Assembly (NCBI GenBank): GCA_973895155.1 | Contig: OZ316897.1 | Span: 14,383,375 to 14,447,374 of the forward strand | Length of the DNA: 64,000 nucleotides | Source of the DNA: Marsupella aquatica | Taxonomy: Eukaryota; Plantae; Marchantiophyta | Direction of reading: 5' to 3' | Shown here: positions 51,070 through 64,000 of the stretch, piece after piece | Layout of the letters: each line of letters opens with the position of its first letter | Numbering within the stretch: position 1 is the first letter of the stretch | Made by a program: the position numbers and the translations under genes | Notes under the pieces: generated by a model | Seen by the model: the letters and a program-made list of their open reading frames with translations, nothing else | Told to the model about the DNA's origin: nothing | The model's database searches: none

Positions 51070-52700
51070 TAGATTCTTGATTTGGCAGTTGCCCAAGTCT
51101 AATAGCGTGCGACTCATTGCTCATGGAAATCTTCGTCTGTTCTTCAGACACTTGATAGATCACCGCGTACGTTGAGTTTAGTCATTGTCTCTCGATCAAA
51201 ATCATTCTTCAGTCTCGCACTTCGTATAACTCACTTCGTGTCCATGTTGTTGTAACTTAGATCACTGCTGTCATCCAGTCGTAATGGTGATATTCACAAG
51301 ACCGACTGTAAGGGTGCGGACATAGATTCGGATTTCAATTCGTCAATTCCGAGGTGATTGAATTGGGTCGAAGCACCTAAACCGAGGTGATTAATCTTGC
51401 TTTATGACTTGTCTGACAATTGCTTTGCCGGAGAGCCCTCGTTAAACTTTACCTGCTTATTTGAGGCAAGAATTCCGGCTTATTTGAGCCATCATGTTAT
51501 TTGAGCCTAAGTCGATCCTCAAGCTCGAAGTATAGAACGATTGGCCAGCTCAGTATAGGCCTGGAGCTGTTCGAGGATGCCTAACATGTCACACCGGGAA
51601 TTCACGGATGTTGGGAAAGACAGGGTTGATGTCTATACTCTTCGAGTATGTCGAAATGATTGCACTTTAGTTGATGTCATCACCGAGCAGGCGTCAGTGG
51701 AAACATTTTTTTGACATGCACGGCGCCTACCCCAGATCAAAAAACTTACTGACCTTCGTGATTCGTGAGGACGTGCACCTGCAATTGTTATTGCACGATT
51801 CCGTGAATGACCAGAAGTATCGAGATTATTCAGTCCGTATTTATTGGGCGGTGCCACAGTGCTGTGTCGTCGGCCTATGTGTGCCGATTAGGTCGGAGCT
51901 GACCGAGGAATAGTCGCGGTCTTTAATTGGAATTTGTCAGCAAGGTCGTCGGTCGTCATTCCATGCAGGGTTCTTAGACACTGGGCGAATCACAAGCTAT
52001 GTGCTCTTTGTGGCTGAGCCGGATTCAATCGCGTGCCACGGCTGATCACCGAAGCAACTGTAGATTACTGCGATATTTGGCAAATTTTCCCGATCCGCCG
52101 GATTTTGACTGGCCTCATTCCCGTCAAAATGGCAGCATTTGCAGTCTGATCAAGATGGATTCCAAGGGCAGCCCTTCCACACTGAGGATGTCGAACTTCC
52201 CTGTCAATTACTGTCCAAACGGAACCGAGAACGGCACTCGCCAATCTTACATGCGCCGTCTTGATTATCTTTCGGGGGAGTATGAAACTAAGAGAGTTTT
52301 GTTTGAAAACGAAAGCCAAACCAGTAACACGGTGCTCTTCACTGCTACTGCGTGTATGCTGGTGAGAATTTCACTTGTTGATTGAGAAACCATCATCTTG
52401 GAATCCCTAATTCCGCAGCCAATTGTAGCCTAAACTGATCTTGCACGTGGAGGAACACCGTTCAGGTACGCCAAAAGTGAAACGTGAAAATCCTGGAACC
52501 ATTAGACTATCAATGTGCATCGAATCCGGGCCAAATGAACTCAGCAAGGAACCTTCTACAGTAGTCGGCATTGAGTTAGGAATGAACAATGAGCTGTGCC
52601 ATCGATTAATAACTTCGTCATGAATTCTGGAGGCAGTGCTTCGCTGTGATCCAGTCCAAAGGTCTCTACATTATTTCCAGAAAGACCAAAAGGTTTCCAT
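51070..52700 (-). pseudogene. Highly decayed extracellular-type LRR gene relic (RLK/RLP-like)
   Basis: Scattered minus-strand LRR cores among many stops: LRIDLGSNNM (~51493-51522), DLSYNNM (51243-51263), LLDLGNCQI (51079-51105), ISLGYNWL (~52415-52440), GLSGNNV (~52665-52690). Confidence 0.45.
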
Positions 52701-55183
52701 CATTAACTACCGAAATACCCAAGATACAATCCCCCACAAAGTAACTGCATCCTGCTAGGAGCGTCATCCAGTCTCGGGTCCATTCACGCAGTTATTGTCC
52801 GACTCACTGGTACTATTTAAAGCAAGTTGTGTGGTCCTATCTGCAATCACGATTATACACGGGCCTCACAAACCCAAACCCCAGTTCGAGGTCTACTTCG
52901 CTTGGACCCACCAGCCAGCGTACTGCATGCAGATAGATCTCCGAAGTGCGTTAGAGGGTTGACAGGTGACACTCATCAAAATTCTGTCCCAAAATTCTCC
53001 AAACTTGAAATGTCCGAGAACACAAAACTCTTAATTCGCCGATCTCAACTCATGATCTATGATCTAGTGCAAGCTTGGAACAAATTTCTGATAGCTTTTT
53101 ATCTATTTGATGATCTTCATATTCTCGAATGACACAAACTCTTACGGCTATGATGTATTCGACTACAGTCATGACTCGTCTAAACTGGAAACTCTCAACG
53201 ACACAATTCAAAATTCTTACAACTATTTCTCTATTCAAGGTCTCGTCAGGTCATGTACGCCTTTCTTCAATACGGGTTTCCGTTGAATATGTGCAGGCAT
53301 GTTAAAGCATGATGACGTAACTTTCAAAGTAGTAATCTTGCTCCAGATGTCCTCGGTCTTCTATTCTGTAATTTCTTTCCACGACACCAGAACTCTATAA
53401 GCCAATCTCGTCGAACGTATGAAATTCTGTGCATTCTGCAAACTAATCTGAAAGTCGGCTATTGCGTCTCGTGCTTTGCAGTGGATTGCTCTTTAAAAGT
53501 CTCAAACGAAAATGATTTAATGCAGCTTGCAAATCTAAAATTCAATGAATTCCACTATACAGTATGTTGGAGAGAGAGTAAGGAAAAAATTGCTTGCAGA
53601 GTGGCAGTCAGGTGCAGGAAACATTCCATTCCGAAGATCAGTGCCGCGAGTACTCGTATCCATGGCCAGCTTTCACGCAGACAACAAGTTTGCAGCCAGG
53701 GATGTATGCATCTTATTTTCGTGTTACATCAATCCCTTTTCAACTCGCGTATTAATGGGCTTAGTGGACGGTGTTGTTAAACTTGATGTACCACCATCTT
53801 ATGCAATAATAGCTGGGAACGGTTGTTCCGGTACTAGATCTTCTGTATCCATGCACTTTACTTCCGATCAGCGTGACGGAAGTTGAATTTTAAGCTTATC
53901 CTGGGGCAATCAGAACGCGTCAAATATTTCCAGAGCGTTCTAGATTTTCGCATCACGGTCCTCCCCGGCAGTAGAAAGTTCGGGAGTAGGAGAATTATAT
54001 GGGAGGTTGCTTTTTCTATCGTCTGGCTCATTTCAGTTCGATATATAAAGCTTGGTCACCAGATCACCGTTCATCAACAGCTCTCGAAGTTGTCTCTAGC
54101 TAGGATTCTGAGAACAACTGCAGAAGTTCTGATATACAAGTGAAATCCCGATTTCATCTGTCAGACTCCGACGCAGAAGTCTCGTTCACTCAAATTCTGA
54201 GCCTAAGTGTGCAAGAAAAATGATCTTTTACTGAGAAACCGTCAAGTTTCATCTCAATTACGCAGATTTTGACGAGAGGGCCCATTTCCCGGAATCAATG
54301 GACAAGATGGGGGTCTGATATATGCATGTCTGACCTCCACAATCTGAACGAGATATATCATAGACTGGGAGGCAATTATACCAAGGTGCACTAGTGGGGT
54401 ATCTAGCCTTGCTGCCCTTTCTCACTCGATAAGGACTTTGGCGTATTTTACGATTGGAGTGGTATCAACCGGTCCAACACGTAGGCACATGCGCCTCGAG
54501 AACAATCTCGACGAGGGATTCCTTGAGCTTTTAAGCGCAACTGTAGACTAGTGCAGTGCAGTGCTCAACTGCAAGCGGGGTATAATTTGTCAAATAGATC
54601 GAAAAGCACCGTAGTCCAAAGGCAGGCATTATGTCTCTTCCGGTCAGACAAAGCTCGTCGGATTCCTTGTGCATCTCAATACCATAGCTAGCAGCTAAAA
54701 TATTCGCTCAAAAAGTGCCTCCTATACAAAGCAAACCATTCGGTTAGGAATATCTCAATCGATCTTTCTCGATCGCAGCCTTGCCGGCAGAAACATTGAT
54801 TGAGGTGGCAAATGGTTGAGGTTACTGGTCAGCTGCTACTTGTATTGACTTTTTTCTCGGAGCATATAGGTACATACTAAGCGAGCAGTTGATATATAGA
54901 AGTTAATCAGTCATCGATAATTAAATCAGCGCGTTTGACCTAACTTGACAATTTTAATTAAAAGAGAGATGATTTGCGAGTATTCCTAAGTCAATCTTGG
55001 AGCTTCAGGCCTCGACAATGCAGGGCCTTATAATCTAAATCGAAATAATCCTTACCGGAGCAATATAATTCAACCGCGACTCTTAATCTTAATCTATTCT
55101 TTCATTGTTTAATATTTATCGCGAAGATACATGTTGATTAGTGCTTTTTGACTTTTTTCTACTTGCAATTCTTGGCTCACCAG

Positions 55184-56120
55184 GTTCAGGGTACGAATAA
55201 AAAAGCTTGACATACATATTTGTGCACTTTGGCGTTTCCATCAAGCTCGTTGGCGGGGACTCATTTGGAATTTGTCAATGCATCTAAGCCAGTAGTACTG
55301 AGTTGGTTAAAGGAAGGTCCATCTTGGTCAGCGGAACATGATATATCGACCTCAGTCCTGTTAATTCTCAACGATTCTGGAGTACGTACGTTGAAAATTT
55401 ACACTACACTAAATCGAGTTTCTTGGGAGCAAGAGCGGGCAGCTATCGTTCTTCAGACTAAGGTCGTTGCTAACGGAGTAGGTGGGCGCGAACAGCGCAT
55501 TTATCTCTGGTTCGACCCAAACGCAGCTTAACACACCTATTCTGTGCTCTGGAACATTAGATCATAATGCAAGTTTTAGAACTCTGAAATTGATTTCTTC
55601 GAAAGATTGGGTTTACTTCACTGTGTGTTTGCTCCTATTTGTCTGAAAAATTGAGAAGCTGATCATTAGAACCTATGGATCACATTGCTAGCCAGGAACG
55701 ATGTACGGTACAGACGTGTAAATTTAAATGCTAGCTCTTGAGCTTTGCTGAAAGTGTGTACCAGCTTGTCTATCAATGAAGTACCCTATCAGAATATGTA
55801 AACCAATGGAAATCGTGGAGTGGGCTATTCTCAGCACCGGCCGACCGGATTATAAACTACACTTTGGAACGGGGAAAAGTGAGCCACTTGAGGGGGCCGG
55901 GACAAAGTAGATTGGGCACAGTTCATTGCTTCTTTTCTTAAAAAACTTTAGCATAGACGCTTGTGACAGCCTTAGTACTGGTCATCAATTGAAAGCATCA
56001 TGTGCAATTTCAACAAATGGTGGGCTCAGCCAAATTACCAAATTTTAGATGGAAACCTCGAAAACCAGCTGCAAATAGGTGACGAACAAATTCGTAATGT
56101 ATGACAACTGTCCCGACCAC
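55184..56120 (+). pseudogene. XTH pseudogene
   Basis: Recognisable remnants: GSGYE*, [84 protein letters not shown]. Multiple stops and frameshifts; DEID part of the catalytic motif lost. Confidence 0.85.
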
Positions 56121-57430
56121 TGCCCTGTAATATTCATAGTTTCTTATGGACAAAGTGGTCGCAACTGAATGTCTGGATCGCGCTCAACCCACATCTACAG
56201 GAGTATGCTGACCGCTGAAGATCGTCCTCACATGCCTGGACCAAGGAAACTTCTTGTCTGACTGGGTTGACAGAAGCTGGCACTACTCTGAATTGAGTGA
56301 TACATGTTCTTCAGTATGCTGCGTCAATCTGGGATAGCCAAGTTTGTTGTCCGTTTCTTTTGGTAGTTTGTGTTTGTGGAATGGATTGGATGAGCCCAAG
56401 CGAGAGGAGGACAGACTGAGGACAGAGGGTGGGGAGCTGCTTGAAGGGAAAAATGAACCGTGAGGATCGGAAATTGGGGGAGGGCATCCGAAGCTTGAGA
56501 TGGGCATATTTGATAGCAGAGATTTGGCCCAGCTTACTACAGTAGAACAGTGGTCAATGCTGAAAATCCAGCTCGTGAGGAGTTTAGCGAAAGTTTTAAG
56601 CCTGCTGCACCGGCTCACCAGAAATCGGTTCCCAAGAGCTAGACTCGGCGAGTTTGAGCGACTTGGCAAGGTTTAGTAAATGCTAGCCTCGCTTGCCATA
56701 CCCGCTAATCTCACTGGACGGTACCGTACCTATGCAATTCTCTTGAGACACATGGATCGTATGCTGTGCCAAAGAAAAATGGCACCAGACCTTGTCCACT
56801 GCGCATTAGTGTGGGGATTCCGTCCAGTGGGCGTTGCATCTGGGTGCTGTCTGCCGAATGAGAGATGGCCGAGTACTCGATCACCTCGCCATTGACCTCG
56901 ATACCGCATGGTAGATAGCACGACGGGGGTGGGAACGTTCTAAGGTTGCGGAGTTGTGTGGCACAGTTTGGGCAGAACAGAGCAAGATGGGTAAACAGAG
57001 CAAGATTTTCTGCACAGGTTGAGGCGCACTTCAGTCGTGGAGTCACCTAACATAAGAGCTGAGTTTGTGCGCTCAGGCAGTCCATGATGACTGATCTCAA
57101 GGATGATTTACAGATTATTTGTCAGGAGGACATCGACAGGCCTAACGGTGAAGCTTGACCAGGATGTGGTCCCCATCACAAACATTCGACTTGGAGAGAG
57201 GATTTCACATGAGATCTACACAAATGTGTAGTTTAATCAGGATGAAATGAACCTTGGCTAGGGCAGACCCTACTACCGGGTGCGGTGAGGTGGGAAACGA
57301 AAGTACGAACTTTGTTTTGTGCTCAACAATTATTGAGGTGCAAGGGATGGGCATCAGGCTAACTTAGAATAAAACTTTTCTAAAAAAGACTATTTTGGGA
57401 CCTCATCCTTGTTCAAAGGCTTAGATGTAG

Positions 57431-57484
57431 AACTTATCCTCCTACTTTAACTTATCCTCCTACTTTAACTTATCCTCCTACTTT
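57431..57484. repeat. Minisatellite, 3 x 18 bp
   Basis: AACTTATCCTCCTACTTT x3, perfect. Confidence 0.95.
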
Positions 57485-59533
57485 ATGATGTAGGTAAAAG
57501 ACAATGTTTAAAACATGACAACTGATGACACGGAAAGCGCAAGTCACTACTTGGCTACCTGGGATGCAAAGGCTGGAAGTGACAAACAAGGTTGAATGAA
57601 GATCAGAGTGCGCAGAACAAGCTGGCTTTGGTCAGTTGGGATGAGGAACCAAGAGATCCCAAGTTCAATACTGCCTATGTGTGGGTGGGGTGTAGTGGTG
57701 GGAGTCCTGATTTCTCCTCAAGTTGCCGGGCCTGGTTTAACCTTGAGTTGTCCCTCCTGGTCTGGGTCCCCATAGGATGGTATTGTCCCCCCTTGTACAG
57801 TGGTGCTTTCTACAAGACCCATCAGTTTTGAAGGCAAGAAAAAAAGGTAGGCATGCTAAAATTGATTTGAAGATCCCACAGAAGTTACCACTCACATGAG
57901 CTACAGTAGGTTCAATTGCTACAATTGAGTCAACCACTATAATCAATCCTGCCAAAGGGAGCCATCCTTGCTTACAAATGAACTTTTGGAGTAAGTTCAT
58001 GGCAGCTTTCAGATTTATTGTGTCAGTCTGTTGGGCCTATGGGAATCTCCAATTGAATGTGCAAACTATAAAGTAACTGTCTTAAGCAAATTTGCAGAGA
58101 TGTATCTCAAACATGCAAATATAGATAATAGAATTGATACAACTACCTTTGGTGGTAGAGTAGTGTAAAAAAATACAAAATAATTTAGAGAATACAGTTG
58201 ATATGAGTACCTTACTTTGGTAGAGTCGTATAAGAAGTGCTGTACCCCGTGCTATACAGGGTACAACTTGACATACTTACCTTTGGTAGAGTAGTACTGA
58301 AAGGAAGTGGAAGCTATGCAGGGTACAACCTACAGTCAATCTTACTGGATAAACTGACGGCAAGGGGGAAAGAACAAAGAAGACCAAGGAAGAATTCCCC
58401 TTTTTTGAATAATATTCCTTTTTTAGAAATGTTTTATCTCTTAGTTTCCATGTTTAAATTTTTTCTGGTGTGGGGAGGCATTTTGGGGAGTTTTGTTGTC
58501 AGATTGGTTTTTCGTTGTATGATGGGATTTTTTTCTTCTAGAGGATGAGAGAGGCAACTTTCTTAAAAATAGCAAACTAAGCCAAATGAATTAAGTCTTT
58601 CATCACTGTTGGATCCCTGAGTCTGTACTTCCTTTCCTGCCCTTTCTCCCCTTTTGCATCCCAACCCTCTCCACGTTGTGGACACCTTGGGTAATTCAAA
58701 CTACCAACTTTCAAAACTACAGACATTATGTGACAACAAATGAAGCCAGTGAGGGGAGTTTGTTTATTTTAGGAACACAGAGAAGTGAGAAAGCAAGGGG
58801 TTAGTAACCAAGAGTTCAAAAATTGTCACATGTCATCACATGATCCCCCACATGATACATCCCCATATGTCAATTAATGATTAGTGGTCTTTTGAGGTTC
58901 CACCTCGGCTCTTCTTCCACTTCATTTGACAGGGGCATATGTTTGCACGGGTAGTAGAAAACCCAGAAGTAAATTCCCCAAGACCCCTGGCTTGAGACCT
59001 CCACCCACAACTAACTCCATGGCCGTCCAAACCCATCCTATGCCCCTCCTGCCTTTCTTATTGGGATGATATTGTATTGCAAAATATCACAAAAACTGTC
59101 CAGTTTGCAACAAGAGTCCACCCAGAACTTACTCCATGGCCGTCCAAACCCATCCTATGCCCCTCTGCGTGCCCCTCCTGCCTTTCTTATTGGGAAGGTG
59201 TCATATAGCACAATGTCACAAAGAACTAAGGACCAGCTTTCAACAAGAAGTTGACAACATTCAACACAAAGATGTGTGGGTGGTTCACCCCATTAGGGCT
59301 CTAGGGGTCTCATTTCAAGGGAGGTCCTTTTTCAGATGTTTTGGTTAATAAACATCTTTAAAATAAATTATTCCATAATTACAGCTAAAAACTCTTAATT
59401 ATGTTCATAATTCTCAAAATTGGATTTAAGCAACCCTTATGTTCTTCCACATAATTAAATTTACAAGTCTTTCCTTATTCCCAATAAAATGAACACTATA
59501 CTTATTCAAACTAAATGAGAACTCCAGGTTTGG

Positions 59534-59669
59534 GCTACTTCGTTAGGTTGTTAATTTGAAATTGCTTGGAAAGACCTTTCCAAGGAGCCTAAATAAGGTA
59601 AGCTACTTCGTTAGGTTGTTAATTTGAAATTGCTTGGAAAGACCTTTCCAAGGAGCCTAAATAAGGTAA
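59534..59669. repeat. Perfect 68-bp tandem duplication inside a dispersed repeat
   Basis: GCTACTTCGTTAGGTTG...GGAAAGACCTTTCCAAGGAGCCTAAATAAGGTAA at 59534 and 59602. Confidence 0.95.
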
Positions 59670-61071
59670 TCCAATTTTCTTCAAAACTCAAGACCGGAAA
59701 ATTTCCAAAGATCTAGACAGTTTTCCTGTCTGATTTCACTGCCTTATCTTTGCAATATGTACTGTGTGGGCAGAATGTAGGCTTTTGCTGAGTTCATGAG
59801 GGCTGCAAAGTCTTTCCTATCATTTTGCAAAACATAAAAGCTCTTCAATATTATTAGCTATGGGATGGGATGGGATGGCCTGGATGAAAGTACACTGTAA
59901 TTAAAATAAATAAGTAGGATAATCCCTATTGTCTAGCAAAACCAGTCCCATCATTAATATTTTTTCTTTCGTCGTGTCGTGCACGACGATGCTGAGGCTG
60001 AGGCCGAGGTCACGCCCACCCAAGTCATTGTATGGGTTCCATGGGGTAAAAACTGGCAGTGGGGCTCTGACAGCCCCACTCCCCCGCTGGTCTTTGCCAC
60101 TTACTTCCTTGTGCTTTCAAAACATTCGGAAGCGAAGAGAAACTTCACTCCCAAGTTCAATGAAAGCCCGTATTCGCCTAACGTCAGTGTCACTACAAGC
60201 TTGGGATCCAAAGGATGGCATCGACGGTCAGAATTTAAACTAATGAGCAGCGGGCTAAGCATCGACGGTTTAAATCACGGGAGCCGTGGACCGGAGCATT
60301 ATCCAGCCTTGCGCTGCCTTTCAGGCGCTTAGATCCTCCACATCGACGGTAGATATCCCAACCCAGCCGCGGGCCTCACGTACAGATCCTCCAGCCGCGC
60401 CACTTTGGCGAAGCCTTTCAAACTGATGTTCGTCGGGGATTAAGCGTAGAGGCTGAGTCGACGATGGTCTCTTTGGATTGCTAAGTTTCTGGCGAGCAGT
60501 CAAAGAATGACCTGTGAGTACATTCGTCGGCTCGACTCTCGTGAATTGTCATCTACAGCTCTCGTACGCTTCGTGCCTCGATCGGTGAGGTTTTTGCAGC
60601 GCGCAGCGGGAGTTCGGAAGACAGGTGTGTGTGTGAAGATTCATGTTGTAGCTAAATTTCGCTGTATTCGAGATGGCTTGTTACTTATCCAATGCATTCG
60701 TAAGCTTGTTACCTAGCTTGATCTAGGTTCTAATTGTGTCGCCTGCTGCAATGGAACTCGGAGGCAAGACAAGCTAGTGAGTGCAGGCTTGTGCGTGATG
60801 GTTCATTTTGTTGATAAATATCACTGAATTTGGAGATGGTTTGTTATCCAATTGTAAGCTTAGTTAGTACCTTGTTTGAGATTCTAACCTGACGAGTCCT
60901 GCTACAGCGAAACTCGGAAATCAAGATATGTGAGTACGTGAAGATTTACCGTGTTTGGAGATTCGCTGAAGTCGAAACGAGAGTCGAATTGTTTTCCTGG
61001 ATGATTTCTGTATGAAAGAGCGCAACAACATCAATTGGCTACGAGGCTGATTTACGAGGGCCAGGGCAGCG

Positions 61072-63821
61072 ATGACGCAGAGTGGCAACATGAAGTTGCA
61101 GAGGATGGTTTCACGAACTTTAGTTGTGCTGCTGCTGTCCTTCCAACTTAGCGATGTGTACTGTTTAGCAGAGGACGTACCAGAAACGGAGTTTTGCCAA
61201 CGGTTTGTGCGATCCAAGGGATACGTTTGCGAAGAGCACAAAGTAAGTTGAATTGAAGCTGGCTCGTGAGCAATCTATCGATAGAGCGCGTCGATCACGG
61301 ATCACGTACACTACGTTCGAAGCTAACCACGACTAATTGTTGACTGATGGAAGCTTATGTCTTAATTACCTTCATTTTCAATTCCAGAAGGTTTCATTTC
61401 GAGTCGAGAATGTCAATACCTTCAACTGATTCTATCTGAAAGACTTCAGAAGTTAAGCGTCTACGTACTGCAGCCCCTAACAGCTTATGCGTCTCCGCAC
61501 GGCAATTTGTTTTGAGCTTGTTAAACGTGGCCCTACTATATATTGCCTTGCCAGCAGAAGAACATATACCCCGGGAGTAGGCCGTTTTGTAAGAACTGAC
61601 ATATTTTGGCTTGTGTTTAATTCCATCTAAGGCTAGATCAGAGTCCATCGTTAACCGGTACGTGGAAACTTTCGTTTCGAGCTCGTTGCTCAAAGTTTTC
61701 TTAATTCATTAATTCGCAAGGGCACGAATGTTACACGCGACAGTAAGCTAGTGGCGTTCTTTACACTTGTGCAACCACATTGGAATACTTACATGAGATA
61801 CGTGCATGCTGTCTGTGTTTACAACAGATGTACACGGAGGACGGGTTCGAGCTGGTTTTGCATAGAGTGAGTGTTTCGGCTCAAGGCGAAGTTGGCTCCG
61901 ATAACAAGCAGGGCGACATTCAATACAACTTGAAGGTGGCTCTGAGCCACAGAATGCGGAATAAAGATAAGTCTGGACGATTGACCTCGGAGGTGAAACG
62001 CGTTAAATCCTCAGAAAACACTTCGTCTGAGAGAGCTGAACCTTTTCAACCATATCATCCAGCTCAGACACACTCAGAATCACGTTCTGAGGCTGATTTT
62101 CCAGCAGTTACGGTTGATCCGCACTTGTCAAATGCGCAGCCTCTGGAAACTCTTGAACAAACACTTCTCCCGACAACTTCAGCAAGCAAACCGTATACTA
62201 TTTTTGATCCACTCTCAGCAGAAATTCCAACTGTACCCCCAATTTTGTCTAAACCTGGTGAAACTCAGTTGCTGAGTCCAGAAGCATCAACCGTGTCACT
62301 TCCTCCCTTGTGGTATGTACCTGGCGTAACACAGCCGCCCGTTCAGTCAGAACCATATGACCTCCCTGTTCGCCCGCTCCCAGCCGATGTACCGTCTAAA
62401 TCTACTTTCAGCCCAGAATTACCTCCCGATTCAATTCCCCGACCGACTTTCAGCCCAGCACCGTCGAGGTTGGAAATCCCAGGTGAGCTTCCAGAGCCTA
62501 TCGATCAACCTCGACCACCTGTCGGTCCACTCGTTCCTGACCCGACAACGATCAGTACGACAGCTCCGTCACCCTACAGCGATCCTTTAGTCGCTTCGCA
62601 ATCACCCAAACCGATCGAATGGGTGGCGCCTCCGTTAGGTGCCGAGGGATCATTGTCAGGTATTGCGGCCGCTCCAGTTGAGGAAGACAAGACATGTCAT
62701 CCGGTACTTCTGTTGCATCATGAACTGCTGAACGGAGATATGTGGTTCACAGAAACTAACAGGAACGGACCCAGTCCTCTTCTACCTTTCCTTCTGGCTG
62801 ATGACGGCTTCGATGTGTGGGTGGGACATGAACGTGCAACGTATTGGTCGCATGATCATGCACGCCTGGACAGCTCTGAGATAGTAAGCGTTACCCGAGG
62901 CGTTCCTAGTCCTTTAGTGCAACGAAATTGAGTTCACATTTTGTTTAGTGTCTCATTTTCACCGTTGTCAAACATTATTAAGCTAATAGTCATCGGTTCT
63001 AATGCCGTGTAGGAATACTGGGATTGGACGTGGGATGAGTTTGTAGACCATGATCTGCCAATAATGCTGACCCACATAAACGCCAACACGAACAGGAAAG
63101 TCCATGTGGTCGGTGTTTCTCAGGTAAAGCTTATTGCATACAGACAAGTTTATAGTCATATACATGATGTCATCAATGATGTGAAAGTGTTTCTCTCGAT
63201 CCGACTGGTAGTGGCCGAGGGTGTCGATTACTGTTTCCCCTTTGTTTTTTTTTCTTCCCATATTTTCGGAGCAGAGGTAACAGAACTTAAACGGGAATTC
63301 TGCCTGCAGAGTGCTGCCGTCGCAGTTGCTGCATCGACCCAGCAGGCAGTGGCCTCCCGAATGAAAAGTCTTGTATTAATTGGACCTTCCATATACCATG
63401 GCAGCGTGGGACTCCAACAATTACAAACCTTGGCGCAACTCTTTGCAAAATTCATTGACATGGTGACGCAAGTTCTTCAATTTTCACTCTTAATTCATTT
63501 TCTTTTTGCTACAGAATGAAGAGAATTGGACAAGCTTGCCGAAGTTTGAAGTTTGTGTTTCTAATTACCCGACTTGTGGACATTTCAGACACGACCGGAT
63601 CCCTCATTGTTTTTAGGGCAGTTCAACATCTCGAGGTTAGCTGACCCTACTCAGACTGCTCCATGCTCAGTTTCATGTTCCCCGTACGTTCACAATTTAG
63701 CGAAATTAGCATAGAATACCATCGAATTGTGAACAAGTGTTGACTGAACTTTCTCCATGTATGTGCAGGAACTTTGGATCGCACAATTGGTCATTGGGAG
63801 GACCTGTCTCGCTCATAACAG
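61072..63821 (+). CDS. Acid/gastric-type triacylglycerol lipase-like protein (alpha/beta hydrolase), 3' incomplete; exons 61072-61242, 61828-62883, 63013-63123, 63310-63462, 63589-63635, 63769-63821
   Basis: Signal peptide; FCQRFVRSKGYVCEEHK|MYTEDGFELVLHRV; HPVLLLH; LPFLLADDGFDVWVG; YWDWTWDEFVDHDLP; KVHVVGVSQ. GT-AG introns with consistent phases; the gene continues past the window end. Confidence 0.85.
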
Positions 63822-64000
63822 GTTTTGGCTTCCGGATTCTTTCTGGATGATCTTGGTGAAAATATGTCGAGTTTAGCAGTCTATAATGATGTCAGTCAGG
63901 ACATGCTTTGTGGCAGCATGAGTGCCGAAAATCATGAATATTAATATCTAGATGATTCCGATTATTAAAACTGGCTGACTGACTCTGGTTTTGGTATGTC

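Noticed and set aside
59013-59195. ~55-bp direct repeats considered as mini-LTRs (TRIM)
   Set aside because: No TG..CA ends, PBS, PPT or TSD; a simple local duplication.

Overview
Eukaryotic, intron-containing plant DNA. Gene and transposon content suggest an early-diverging land plant such as a liverwort or other bryophyte (inference). The main mobile element is an apparently intact CRE-clade non-LTR retrotransposon (single ~1130-aa ORF with zinc finger, reverse transcriptase and restriction-like endonuclease, 3874-7269). It is preceded by a ~1-kb array of five ~197-bp dyad-symmetric monomers. Other mobile elements are a full-length but coding-dead Bianca-type Ty1/copia element with identical 110-bp LTRs and a GAACA TSD (11965-17357), a non-autonomous Mutator-like element with long TIRs and a 9-bp TSD (17925-19182), one clear and one probable mini-Helitron, and older TE debris. 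Host genes are a 4-exon XTH (GH16), a 3-exon plastid-targeted group-3 LEA protein with an ABRE/CE3-rich promoter, a small MEGLIP-type plant protein, and an acid-lipase-like gene running off the window end with a large Pro/Ser-rich insertion and altered catalytic motifs. XTH and LRR pseudogene relics are also present. The best candidate for an under-described system is the monomer array plus the CRE retroelement with a non-canonical LSDD active site. No CRISPR, rRNA or tRNA genes were seen. All family assignments come from motif recognition by eye, not database searches.
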